A stretch of DNA of 46,097 nucleotides from a bacterium (GCA_037127815.1 JBAXXP010000005.1:1-46097), one strand, 5' to 3'; positions 10,362-20,046 are shown, counted from the stretch's first letter. A program made the numbers and translations. The notes: generated by a model from the letters alone, not told the origin.

Positions 10362-10459
10362 ACCAAAAAACTTTCTTTCTATAAGTACGAGGATTTCTTG
10401 CTAGAAATCCTCTCTACTCGTTGCAACTCGTAAGTCTCATAGAAAGAAAGTTTTTTGGT
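10362..10459. repeat. 98-bp nested palindromic element (MITE/REP-like)
   Basis: Perfect 21-bp terminal IR ACCAAAAAACTTTCTTTCTAT / ATAGAAAGAAAGTTTTTTGGT with internal 10-bp hairpin. Confidence 0.75.
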
Positions 10460-10591
10460 TAGCTTCTACTTTTATCATCTTGACTGTAACTTAATTTAAT
10501 GCTTTAATACTACTCGAATTAGTCCTTCCTTATCTGTGGAATTTATGTTTGGAAACAAGATCAGAATTACCTTGCCAAAAGCAATTTAATT

Positions 10592-10804
10592 ATGGTCTTC
10601 AACCAAGCAAGAAACAACACAAGCAAAACAAGCATTATGAATCAAAAAACAAAGGAACTGCCTACCGGATCTGCTCAACAAGTGATCGCCCACGCCAAGT
10701 GGTCACGGTCACGGGGCCGTAACCCCTCCATGTCATTTGGTGGCCTCCGTAAGCCGCGTGAGGCGCTGGCTTTGGCGTTGTGGAGCGTGAAGAAAGCATC
10801 CTAA
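10592..10804 (+). CDS. Small basic hypothetical protein
   Basis: Own promoter-like TTGACT at 10480 and strong terminator; alternative start MNQK at 10637. Confidence 0.6.
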   Translation: MVFNQARNNTSKTSIMNQKTKELPTGSAQQVIAHAKWSRSRGRNPSMSFGGLRKPREALALALWSVKKAS

Positions 10805-10825
10805 CCTCCGGCTCAGCCCGTCCCC

Positions 10826-10857
10826 ATCCCCCGCAAGCTTGCTTGCGGGGGATTTTC
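10826..10857 (+). terminator. Intrinsic terminator
   Basis: ATCCCCCGCAAGC-TT-GCTTGCGGGGGAT then TTT. Confidence 0.8.
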
Positions 10858-10932
10858 CATATCTAATTTTGTAACACCCCATTGAATAGTGTTTGGTACA
10901 TACATAATATATGCTAGAATTCAATCAACATT

Positions 10933-12384
10933 ATGGACAACAACACCACTGAAAACTCGAGTGATATTTATCTATTCAACACATTAGGTAAATCAAAACA
11001 AAAATTCTCCCCCATCACACCTAATAAGGTTGGAATGTACCATTGTGGACCAACTGTTTATGATTACCCTCATATTGGAAACCTAAGAGCCTATGTTTTT
11101 GCAGATACATTAAGACGTGTTTTTGAATACAACGGATATGAAGTTAATCAGGTGATAAATATCACAGACATTGGACATCTTTCAAGTGATTCAGATGAAG
11201 GTGAAGACAAAATGACTAAAGCCATTTTACGCGAAGGTAAAACAATGACCCTTGCATCAATGCGTGAAATCGCTGACTATTATTATCATTCATTCAGGGA
11301 TGCAATAAAAGATCTGAATATTCTAAGTGCATCAACATACCCTTTTGCTAGTGATCATATAAAGGAAGATGTAGATATGATAAATATTCTGCTGGATAAA
11401 GATGTCGCATATAAAACATCCAAAGGAATATATTTTGATACTTCAAAAAAAGCTGATTATGGAAAGCTGGGGCAAACTGCTGGGGATGAAAGTAGAATTG
11501 GTGAAGATTCAGAAAAAAGAAACTATAAAGACTTTGCTATTTGGAAATTTGATGACAAGTTAGGATATGATACTACATTTGGAAAAGGCTTTCCCGGCTG
11601 GCACATAGAATGTTCTGCAATGTCTGCAAAATATTTGGGAGATAGTTTCGATATTCATACAGGTGGAGTTGACCACATCCCAGTTCATCATAATAACGAA
11701 ATTGCACAATCAGAATGTGCGCATGGTGGTGCTCCCCTTGCTAACTTTTGGCTACATAATGCTTTTCTAATTTTTGAAGGTGGAAAAATGTCCAAGTCCG
11801 CTGGTACTTTTATTACAATAGACACATTAAAAGAGAAAGGTATTCTTCCTCTTGCTTATAGATACTGGCTGCTTACAGCAAGATACAGCACTGCTATCAA
11901 TTACTCACATACAGCACTAGAGGATGCCAACCGCGCATATTCAAAATTAATAGACTCTACAGCTTCACTTATTGCAGACGCTGGTAAATATCTAGATGGA
12001 GAATCTGACACATTTAAGGAATATAAGAATAATTTTTTGAAGTTTGTGAACGATGATCTAGACACACCCAAAGCTCTTGCTTTAGTATGGTCACTTCTGA
12101 AGGATGTGGAAATTGAGAACAATGAAAAACTACAATTAATTGAACAATTTGATAATGTTCTTGGATTAAACATAATTCAATCCGCAAAAGACAAGGTTCA
12201 AGCCACAGAAAGTGTTATCGAGGATCTAACTGAAGAAGTGAAGGCTCTCATTGAAGAAAGGGAAAAAGCTCGTAAGGAAAAGAATTGGGCAGAGGCTGAT
12301 TTAATCAGAATGAAAATTAATGATTTAGGTTATAAAGTTGAGGATACAGGAAATGATACAAAACCAAAAATCTCTATAATCTAA
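10933..12384 (+). CDS. cysS: Cysteine--tRNA ligase
   Basis: CGPTVYDYPHIGN, GFPGWHIECSAM, DIHTGGVDH, KMSKS motifs. Confidence 0.98.
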   Translation: MDNNTTENSSDIYLFNTLGKSKQKFSPITPNKVGMYHCGPTVYDYPHIGNLRAYVFADTLRRVFEYNGYEVNQVINITDIGHLSSDSDEGEDKMTKAILREGKTMTLASMREIADYYYHSFRDAIKDLNILSASTYPFASDHIKEDVDMINILLDKDVAYKTSKGIYFDTSKKADYGKLGQTAGDESRIGEDSEKRNYKDFAIWKFDDKLGYDTTFGKGFPGWHIECSAMSAKYLGDSFDIHTGGVDHIPVHHNNEIAQSECAHGGAPLANFWLHNAFLIFEGGKMSKSAGTFITIDTLKEKGILPLAYRYWLLTARYSTAINYSHTALEDANRAYSKLIDSTASLIADAGKYLDGESDTFKEYKNNFLKFVNDDLDTPKALALVWSLLKDVEIENNEKLQLIEQFDNVLGLNIIQSAKDKVQATESVIEDLTEEVKALIEEREKARKEKNWAEADLIRMKINDLGYKVEDTGNDTKPKISII

Positions 12385-12421
12385 TTATTTTACTTACAAT
12401 TACTTGTAGAACCTCTTTTGA

Positions 12422-12451
12422 TTGACATCACTGTTATTTTTATATATTATA
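12422..12451 (+). promoter_or_regulatory. Sigma70-like promoter pointing into the 3' end of the NYN gene
   Basis: Perfect TTGACA at 12422-12427 followed by a TATATTATATAT -10 region; no + strand ORF follows. Confidence 0.55.
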
Positions 12452-12454
12452 TAC

Positions 12455-12507
12455 GCATTACGACAAAAGAGGATCCGAAAGGTGCAAGTGCCTTAGGAGC
12501 CTTTTTT
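12455..12507 (+). ncRNA. Putative ~50-nt structured RNA convergent with and overlapping the NYN stop codon
   Basis: Promoter upstream; AAAAGAGGATCC pairs with GGAGCCTTTTTT; inner AGGTG/TGCCT hairpin; ends in T6. Confidence 0.5.
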
Positions 12508-13062
12508 ATTTACCTCACTTTCTATATATATTTTAATATTTTCAAGGAAGTCATAAAATTTAGATCCAATTTTTTTATATAATGATGAAGCTCTTTTCTT
12601 ATCAGGAAATAGTATCTTTTTAAACTTGTTCTCTTCGATGAGAAAATCTACCAGATTCTTATAGTCTCCATCACCAGAAACTAGAATAACTTTATCAAAT
12701 AATTCATGCTTATATATTTTTTTCATAATAGCGAAGACAATATCTGAATCAACATTGCCTTTTTTAGAACCAGCCATGTTTTGATGATGCTGTCTAAATA
12801 CCAATACAAAGCCAGAAGTTTGAATTTTTTCATAAATTTGTTGTATGCTTTCGCTGTTTTGTACATATCCCAAATGATAAAAAGCTTGTGTGACAAAATA
12901 TTTTTCCGCAAGATAAATTCTAAATTTTTTTAGATCAATACTCCAAGCATCATTTTCCTTCTTAACCGTTCCTATATATAGATTCTGCCCATCAATAAAA
13001 GCATAGTTTTGCTCTCTTTTGGACCTATTCTTACTATCATTGATATTTTCATTTTTGTTCAT
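12493..13062 (-). CDS. NYN domain (LabA/DUF88, PIN-like) ribonuclease
   Basis: AFIDGQNL, KGNVDSD, ILVSGDGDY acidic catalytic motifs; start MNKNE at 13062. Confidence 0.93.
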   Translation of the reverse strand: MNKNENINDSKNRSKREQNYAFIDGQNLYIGTVKKENDAWSIDLKKFRIYLAEKYFVTQAFYHLGYVQNSESIQQIYEKIQTSGFVLVFRQHHQNMAGSKKGNVDSDIVFAIMKKIYKHELFDKVILVSGDGDYKNLVDFLIEENKFKKILFPDKKRASSLYKKIGSKFYDFLENIKIYIESEVNKKGS

Positions 13063-13162
13063 GCGGTTATTATATATTTTACACATGAAGAGAACCCGAA
13101 GATTTTATAAAGAAATGCATCAAAAATAGACTCTTCTTGGGAATCGCTGTATAATTTACTAT

Positions 13163-13741
13163 ATGAACACCATCATCACCCTCACTACCGTACAGCTCGT
13201 ATCAATTGCACTTGGTGCAGCTGCAGCTTTTATTATTGACATGTTTTTTATCGCATCACTCAATCACAGTAAGCTTAGACCAAAAGAAGTTTTGATGGTT
13301 AGAAGATTAAGTTTACTAAGCATCTCTGCTGCAATAATTGCACTATTTATTCAAACGTTAATTCTGTTTATAATCCCCGCAACAATCCCAGATCAATTTT
13401 TAACATTCTCTTTTGTAACAATTCTTTTTACAATTGCAGCCCTCGTTTGTTCTATGACCCTAAGAAGAGTTCATATTCCAGCACTAATAAGACATCAGAA
13501 TCAACACGCTCATTTATCTGAACATCATATGTATCACGGAGAAGAAATTGTTCTAGTTTCAACAATCTCAACTGTCTCATGGCTTACTGTAATTGTAATT
13601 TACGCAGTAGCTCAAATTGGCGAGTATTCATCCCCATACCCCTTCATAATTGGTTACATCATATTTGTAGTGATTATGTCATGGTTGACAAGGGTAATAA
13701 AAAGACATCTACTGGATTCTAGAAAACATAAAAAAGCTTAA
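13163..13741 (+). CDS. Hypothetical membrane protein (about 5 TM, His-rich loop)
   Basis: Hydrophobic segments; RHQNQHAHLSEHHMYHG loop. Confidence 0.75.
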   Translation: MNTIITLTTVQLVSIALGAAAAFIIDMFFIASLNHSKLRPKEVLMVRRLSLLSISAAIIALFIQTLILFIIPATIPDQFLTFSFVTILFTIAALVCSMTLRRVHIPALIRHQNQHAHLSEHHMYHGEEIVLVSTISTVSWLTVIVIYAVAQIGEYSSPYPFIIGYIIFVVIMSWLTRVIKRHLLDSRKHKKA

Positions 13742-13910
13742 TAAAACCTTACGGAAGGCTGTAGAATCTCTCACCCCACAAAGGCGAGAGATTTTTATTT
13801 GTCTTTGTATATTTATGCACACCTTGTGAACATCTTGTACTCCGTTTTGATGTGTTTTAGTGATAAATAATAATTTTTTATTTGTTCTTATGTGCTAAAA
13901 TTGGGATACC

Positions 13911-15338
13911 ATGGCAACAGAAACTAACACATACAGAAAAGGAGGATATAACTCACAAAAAGTTGAACCCTTTCACAATAGAAGAGAATTGCGTATTCCC
14001 CCACACAGCATTGAAGCTGAGCAAGCGGTACTTGGTTCTATCATGCTTCGCCAGGAGGCAATCCTTGACGTCTCAGACATAATTAAAGCAGAGTCCTTCT
14101 ATAGTGAAAAACATAGGATGATTTTTCTTGCAATGCTTGAACTTTCAGGTAAGCATGAACCTATTGACCTTCTTTCCGTCAGATCCAAACTTGAAGAGCA
14201 AGGTATTCTTGATCAAGTCGGAGGAGCTAGTTATTTAACTGAGCTTGTTCACTCTGTTCCATCTTCTGCAAACATTGATCACTACGCAGGACTTGTTCGT
14301 AAGAAGTTTATGATGAGAAATTTAATTGGTGCATCAGAGTATATTTCCCAATTGGGCTTTGATGAACAAGGAGACCTAGACGAAATCCTAGACCTTGCTG
14401 AAAAGAAAGTTTTTGAACTTACAAACGTTGGTAATGCAAAAAAATTCACTGACCTAAAGAGTGCACTTGAAGAAACTTGGAATCATATTGACAGACTTCA
14501 TAATTCTCCAGATGAACTTCGTGGTGTTCCTACCGGATTCAAAGACTTAGATTCAAAATTGGCAGGTCTTCAAAAATCTGACCTGATTATCCTTGCTGCC
14601 CGTCCGTCTGTTGGAAAGACGTCTTTTGCGCTAGACATTGCAAGGCACGCCGCAGTTGATGGAAAGATTCCAGTTTGTATTTTTTCTCTTGAAATGAGTG
14701 CACAGCAGCTTGCCTCAAGAATGCTCTCTGCAGCTTCTCGTGTTGAATCATGGAAAATTAGAACCGCCAAGAATCTTAACGATAATGACTTCGTCATGCT
14801 TCAACAAGGTCTTGGAAAATTAAATGACGCACCAATTTATATTGATGATCAAGCTGGAAACAACATCGTTAAAATGAGAAGTTTTGCTAGAAGAATCAAG
14901 TCTGAAAAAGGTTTAGGTTTAATTATTGTGGATTACTTGCAGCTTATGTCACCAACAGGCGCCAAGGCATCAGATAACCTTGTTCAACAAATTACAGAGA
15001 TTTCCCGTTCTCTTAAACACCTAGCACGTGAGATGGATGTACCCGTACTTGCCCTCTCACAGCTTTCCCGTGCCGTTGAACAGCGTGGTGGTAAGCCTAG
15101 ACTATCTGACCTTCGTGACTCAGGTTCTATTGAGCAGGATGCCGATGTTGTTATGTTTATTCACCGTGAAGATAGATACAAGGAACACAATGAGCGTGAT
15201 GGTATTGCTGAGATTTTGATTGAGAAGCATAGAAATGGACCAACTGGTGTTGTTCAACTTAAATTTGACGGTGAGCATACATCATTCGTTTCAATTGAGA
15301 AGAGTGACTTTGGCGATTTTGATGAGCATATGCAATAA
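13911..15338 (+). CDS. dnaB: Replicative DNA helicase, no intein
   Basis: PPHSIEAEQAVLG, AARPSVGKT, IIVDYLQLM, LSQLSRAVE, LRDSGSIEQDAD. Confidence 0.98.
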   Translation: MATETNTYRKGGYNSQKVEPFHNRRELRIPPHSIEAEQAVLGSIMLRQEAILDVSDIIKAESFYSEKHRMIFLAMLELSGKHEPIDLLSVRSKLEEQGILDQVGGASYLTELVHSVPSSANIDHYAGLVRKKFMMRNLIGASEYISQLGFDEQGDLDEILDLAEKKVFELTNVGNAKKFTDLKSALEETWNHIDRLHNSPDELRGVPTGFKDLDSKLAGLQKSDLIILAARPSVGKTSFALDIARHAAVDGKIPVCIFSLEMSAQQLASRMLSAASRVESWKIRTAKNLNDNDFVMLQQGLGKLNDAPIYIDDQAGNNIVKMRSFARRIKSEKGLGLIIVDYLQLMSPTGAKASDNLVQQITEISRSLKHLAREMDVPVLALSQLSRAVEQRGGKPRLSDLRDSGSIEQDADVVMFIHREDRYKEHNERDGIAEILIEKHRNGPTGVVQLKFDGEHTSFVSIEKSDFGDFDEHMQ

Positions 15339-15404
15339 GCGATTTTTAAGCATAAAGATCGCGTCAGAATCAGCAGACTCTGACGAAAACATAAAATATA
15401 AAAA

Positions 15405-16130
15405 ATGGACTCCCTAGATAAATTAACAGAAATATTCAAGAAATTCCCAGGTATTGGCCCAAGGCAGGCCAAGCGTTTTGTGTATCATATTTTACAAGAA
15501 AATGAAGAAGATGTTGCTACTCTAATTAATGCTATTGGAAACATAAAGCGAGGTATTTCTATTTGCGACAAATGCTATAGATATTTTGAAAACAAAAATA
15601 AACAAGCTATTGTCCCCTGTCCAATTTGTACAAATCCAGCAAGAGATCAATCAACCTTAATGATTGTGGTTAAGGACATTGACTTACTTGCAGTTGAGAG
15701 AAGTAGAGCATACAACGGTCTATACTTTGTCCTAGGAAACACTGTTCCAATATTGGATGAATCACCTCATTTAAAAATAAGACAGGGTGAATTACTATAT
15801 AGAATTAATGAATTATGTGGAACAGAAAGCAAAAAAAATGAGGAAGAAACTATTGAAGAATTATCCAGAGAATTGGATTCTGTTTCAGACACAGTGTCAT
15901 CAACTTTGTCAGAGCAGTCTGTGCCATCTAAATTAAAGGAAATCATTATTGCAACAAGTGTAAACACTGAGGGTGAACATACTGCATTTTATTTGAGTAC
16001 ACTACTTAGACCACAAAAGGAAAAGTCTGGTTTTAAAATCACAACCCTAGGGCGAGGTCTTTCAACAGGAACAGAGCTAGAATATTCTGATGGAGATACA
16101 TTGAAAAGTGCCTTGGAGAATCGGCATTAA
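15405..16130 (+). CDS. recR: Recombination mediator RecR with acidic insertion
   Basis: FPGIGPRQAKR HhH, C4 zinc finger, EIIIATS...EGE, LGRGLSTGTELEYSD. Confidence 0.95.
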   Translation: MDSLDKLTEIFKKFPGIGPRQAKRFVYHILQENEEDVATLINAIGNIKRGISICDKCYRYFENKNKQAIVPCPICTNPARDQSTLMIVVKDIDLLAVERSRAYNGLYFVLGNTVPILDESPHLKIRQGELLYRINELCGTESKKNEEETIEELSRELDSVSDTVSSTLSEQSVPSKLKEIIIATSVNTEGEHTAFYLSTLLRPQKEKSGFKITTLGRGLSTGTELEYSDGDTLKSALENRH

Positions 16131-16214
16131 TAAAAATACACTTCATTCATGTTACTGAAAACCGGAATACTTTTATAATTGCTTTTTTATCAATATACAA
16201 TTATGTATTGACCA

Positions 16215-19200
16215 TTAAATCTCTCCGAATGTACCATTAATAACGCACGATCTGCTACCTAAAGATTGTTCTATTGAATTTTCACCGAGCCCTTTACAAA
16301 ATAATGTATGCGTTCCTACAGATACAGGAATACCTCCGTTTATACTAATAGAGCTATTTGTAACAGGAAGAGATGAAGATGGAACTGTTACCTGATTATA
16401 TCTGTTCTTAACATAACAAAAACTTACATTAGATACATTAAGATATAGTTTACATTTTCCCCCAGAGACTGTCGTACTGGGATTGAAAATATATTCTCCA
16501 ACTATTGGTTTTTTAAGGATACACGTCAGAGAGCTTCCTCCATTTATTCCAAGACAACTCCATATATCTGCATCAGTTGAATCTATCGAAGGTTGAAATG
16601 TTCCAACACTACAAACATCAACTAAATTTCCACATGACGCGCTTTCAGCAGGTCTGTTGATCGAACATACACTTGAAGACACACCTCCGTACAAACCGCC
16701 ACATATCCACGTATATTGAGTTGAAGTCACGGCAGAATTACCAGTACTTCCAAAGTAACACGCATCTTTTACGTTGTTGTTACATGAGCCATTGATTGGG
16801 GACTTATTAATAGAACATGTTCCTGAAGATGCTCCTCCATATAGCCCACTACATACCCAGGTAAACTGAGAACCCACGTCTCTGGGATCAACGGTATTTC
16901 CAAAATAACAGGCATCTTTTATGCTGTTATTACAAGAACCATTTATTAATTCATTTATATCAATACTATGTGTTACCCATGATGAGGTTGCACCATGATT
17001 ATCTTCTGTTCGAGCTTTAAAAGAAATTTTTCCCGATGAACCCCATGTTTTATTAGCATCTTGACTTAATCCCGATGAAACAAACCCCGTAGACGGAAGG
17101 TATGTATCTCCAACACCATCATTATTCCAATCAACAGTATACTTTACACTATCGCCTACATCAGGATCTGTCGCTTGAACAGCAAAGGAATAGGGTGTGC
17201 CAGTATTTCCTATATCCGGACCAATTACTGTTGGAGGGTTTGGCGATTTATTAACTGGAGGCGGTACTACTGCAGTGAAATCATATGTGTAAGATGAGGC
17301 TGATATATTGTACTGATACGGAGCTGTTGTAAGATTGGCCCACATAGTAGCAGGAGTCTTAAGGGTCTCCAGTGGGATATTATTTCCATAACAACCAGGA
17401 ATAAGTGGCAAAGGGGGGTAACCAGTTGATCCTGTTCTTGGGTCATAATATCTATAATAAAATTTTCCAGAAGTTTGTCCAAAAGAAAATATAGGTGAAA
17501 TACCGCCAGCGCTATTTATAGTACATGTCATTGTGTAACCTTGTTTTTCATCATTCAGTAGTTGACCACAAGACATATTATTCGTATTACTAATTGATTC
17601 AACAGGAGGACTTATCATGAGAGGTATATATGCCTTATAATTTACATATTCGAAGAGCGTAGTACTAACATAATCCTTATCTAAACATTCGGGGTTTTTA
17701 ACATAAGTTGGCATAGAATTACCCCAATCTCCATATGGCGAATCCTGAGAATATCCAGTACCAGTCCAGGAAATATCTGTAGACTCATGCTTTAAAAAAC
17801 TAAGCTTAATGGTTGTTCCAACATTTACATTATCACCTTTTTTAATTGACAAACCAGTCGAGGTATCGATAATTTCAATTTTATAGTCCACCTTAATCTG
17901 TGGGTTTATTAATGCTCTAGACCAACCAGAAGAACTCCATCTATTCCAGAAATAGTAAAACTCAGCAGTAACAGTTTTATCAGATGAGATAGTCGTCATC
18001 GCCTCCACCGTATTTAGTGGAAAAAATATAATATTCAGAAAAAATGTCAAAATAACAATAGGTAAAATAATATTTTCCTTAATTCTATTTTTATATTTCT
18101 TAATAAAAATAAAACCAAAAAATAATACTATAATTCCTACAATGGTTAGAAATATTGGTGAGAATATTCTTTTATTACATTTTGTAGGATCAATTAATTT
18201 ACAATCGTAATTCATTGTAGATTCATCAACAATTTTGTCATTATTGAATAGTACGGCATGAACAGAAAAAACATCTAAATCAACCTTAGATATAAAGTCT
18301 TTTTTTACAGCCATCATGTCTCCAGTAACAATACCCTCATAGGAATAAGATTCTATAACCTTACCCTTTTCATCTTTAATTTCCAGCAGAAGCTTATTAT
18401 TCGGGACTTGTGAAGACTGACCACTATTATGCAAACATGTAAACAAAGTTGATGACTCCCCTTTTTTTAATGGAAAAGAAGTAATTGAGGGAAAATTAAG
18501 TCTTACCTTATCAACCTCATCTCTTACGAATCTAATTCCTACAACAGATTTTGAATCTTTGTAAACTAGCTCTCCAACCAGATAATATACAGGTGCATCT
18601 TTTTCAGGAATTGATAATTCTATTTTTTTTGACGATGATGATGCTATTTCAATTTCTGTTGTGAATTCTCTAATTAAATTTTTTGGGTTAATGCTATCCC
18701 ATTGGTATAGTTTCCATTTAACTTGTGTTACCTGCCTTATCTTTGTTGTATTTTCTACAGAAAGAGAGATTTTTACGTCATCTTCCTTTTTAATACGAGG
18801 TGGATAAGCTGCGAAGTAGTAAGGAATAGCATTTATCACCACTGAACTTTTGTTAAACATTACGCCTGTTTTTTCTCCATCAACTTTGAAATTAAATGAA
18901 TTTCCCACAACATCATCTGTAAACGATAGACCGAGCAGATTGAACTTTTTATCTACTATAAAAAAAGTTACAAGCCTATAATCTCCACTCTGTGCATAAG
19001 TAGGAACTTTCCATGTGAATGACGTTGGTATAGAACCATTGGCAGGAATCGCTAGATTATCAACCGCAATAAATTGATCGACAACATCAGGTCCATTAGG
19101 ATTTTTTTCTCCTCCTACATTTTTAAATATTTTAACGTATAAGGTACCTTGTACTATTGGATATTTATTATTATTCTTTATATTACCAAAAAAATTCATG

Positions 19201-19565
19201 TCCATACCAGAGACAGCACTAGAGCTTTGAGACGACATGTCAGCAGAAACACTTCCGAATGTATAATAATCAAAGCAATTTACAACCTCTGAACTTAGTT
19301 TGGCATCTGGTGTTTTTCCCAAAAGTACCGACCCTGGTACAAAAGGAAAAGATGATGATCCTGTTTTTTCTAATTCCTCTTTTTGTTTTTTAATTGTCTG
19401 ATCAGGCGTAAGAGAATTAAGTATATTTTGCTTTTCCGCTTCAGTAAGATATTTAACAGACCCCTCTGATAGTCCATAATCTGCCCAGTTATTAGATTGA
19501 GCAAATACTGGTATTGAGACAATCGTGAAAATAAAAACAGACAGAGCAAATACAACTTTTTTCAT
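16215..19565 (-). CDS. Large surface protein: signal peptide, Ig-like region, internal TM pair, PKD-like domain, three Cys-rich repeats
   Basis: Start MKKVVF; DPDVGDSVKYTVDWNNDG PKD-like motif; NGSC...W.C.GLYGG...C repeats. Confidence 0.85.
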   Translation of the reverse strand: MKKVVFALSVFIFTIVSIPVFAQSNNWADYGLSEGSVKYLTEAEKQNILNSLTPDQTIKKQKEELEKTGSSSFPFVPGSVLLGKTPDAKLSSEVVNCFDYYTFGSVSADMSSQSSSAVSGMDMNFFGNIKNNNKYPIVQGTLYVKIFKNVGGEKNPNGPDVVDQFIAVDNLAIPANGSIPTSFTWKVPTYAQSGDYRLVTFFIVDKKFNLLGLSFTDDVVGNSFNFKVDGEKTGVMFNKSSVVINAIPYYFAAYPPRIKKEDDVKISLSVENTTKIRQVTQVKWKLYQWDSINPKNLIREFTTEIEIASSSSKKIELSIPEKDAPVYYLVGELVYKDSKSVVGIRFVRDEVDKVRLNFPSITSFPLKKGESSTLFTCLHNSGQSSQVPNNKLLLEIKDEKGKVIESYSYEGIVTGDMMAVKKDFISKVDLDVFSVHAVLFNNDKIVDESTMNYDCKLIDPTKCNKRIFSPIFLTIVGIIVLFFGFIFIKKYKNRIKENIILPIVILTFFLNIIFFPLNTVEAMTTISSDKTVTAEFYYFWNRWSSSGWSRALINPQIKVDYKIEIIDTSTGLSIKKGDNVNVGTTIKLSFLKHESTDISWTGTGYSQDSPYGDWGNSMPTYVKNPECLDKDYVSTTLFEYVNYKAYIPLMISPPVESISNTNNMSCGQLLNDEKQGYTMTCTINSAGGISPIFSFGQTSGKFYYRYYDPRTGSTGYPPLPLIPGCYGNNIPLETLKTPATMWANLTTAPYQYNISASSYTYDFTAVVPPPVNKSPNPPTVIGPDIGNTGTPYSFAVQATDPDVGDSVKYTVDWNNDGVGDTYLPSTGFVSSGLSQDANKTWGSSGKISFKARTEDNHGATSSWVTHSIDINELINGSCNNSIKDACYFGNTVDPRDVGSQFTWVCSGLYGGASSGTCSINKSPINGSCNNNVKDACYFGSTGNSAVTSTQYTWICGGLYGGVSSSVCSINRPAESASCGNLVDVCSVGTFQPSIDSTDADIWSCLGINGGSSLTCILKKPIVGEYIFNPSTTVSGGKCKLYLNVSNVSFCYVKNRYNQVTVPSSSLPVTNSSISINGGIPVSVGTHTLFCKGLGENSIEQSLGSRSCVINGTFGEI
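16500..16946 (-). repeat. Three ~150-bp intragenic Cys-rich repeats
   Basis: Units start at 16946 and 16796 (INGSCNN.KDACYFG); a more diverged third unit starts near 16646. Confidence 0.85.
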
Positions 19566-19632
19566 CACTATATTATACATTAAAAAGAATATTTAGTATA
19601 ATTACATAAAAATTACTTATTATTTACCAACA

Positions 19633-19658
19633 AAAAAACCGAGCTTGACTCGGTTTTT
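19633..19658 (-). terminator. rplU terminator
   Basis: AAAAACCGAG-CTTGA-CTCGGTTTTT. Confidence 0.75.
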
Positions 19659-19680
19659 CCATGTTTATCTTTTTAGTAAC

Positions 19681-20046
19681 CTACGCTACCTTTGTAATCT
19701 TAACCTTAAAGAAAGGTTGTCTGTGACCAAACTTCATTGATCTTGAACGAGACTTTTGTTTGTATCTCATTCCTACAACCTTTGCTGATCTTCCGATTTC
19801 TACAATCTCTCCAACAACCTTTGCTCCTGGGATCATAGGTGCTCCTAGTGTTGTTGCTTTACCGTCATCCTTAAGAAGCACATCTGTAAACTCTACTTTT
19901 TCTCCTAGAGCGTGTTCTCCCTTCATAATTTCCATACTTATAATAAGCCCTTCAGAAACTCTGTATTGCTTTGCGCCGGTTTTAATAACAGCAAAAGCCG
20001 CTTCTGCGCTCGCTATTTTAGGTGATATTTTATTAGTTATAGCCAT
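19681..20046 (-). CDS. rplU: 50S ribosomal protein L21
   Basis: FAVIKTGAKQYRVSEG...GHRQPFFKVKIT. Confidence 0.95.
   Translation of the reverse strand: MAITNKISPKIASAEAAFAVIKTGAKQYRVSEGLIISMEIMKGEHALGEKVEFTDVLLKDDGKATTLGAPMIPGAKVVGEIVEIGRSAKVVGMRYKQKSRSRSMKFGHRQPFFKVKITKVA

Noticed and set aside
13911-15338. Intein in DnaB
   Set aside because: Length (475 aa) and motifs are contiguous; no splicing motifs.
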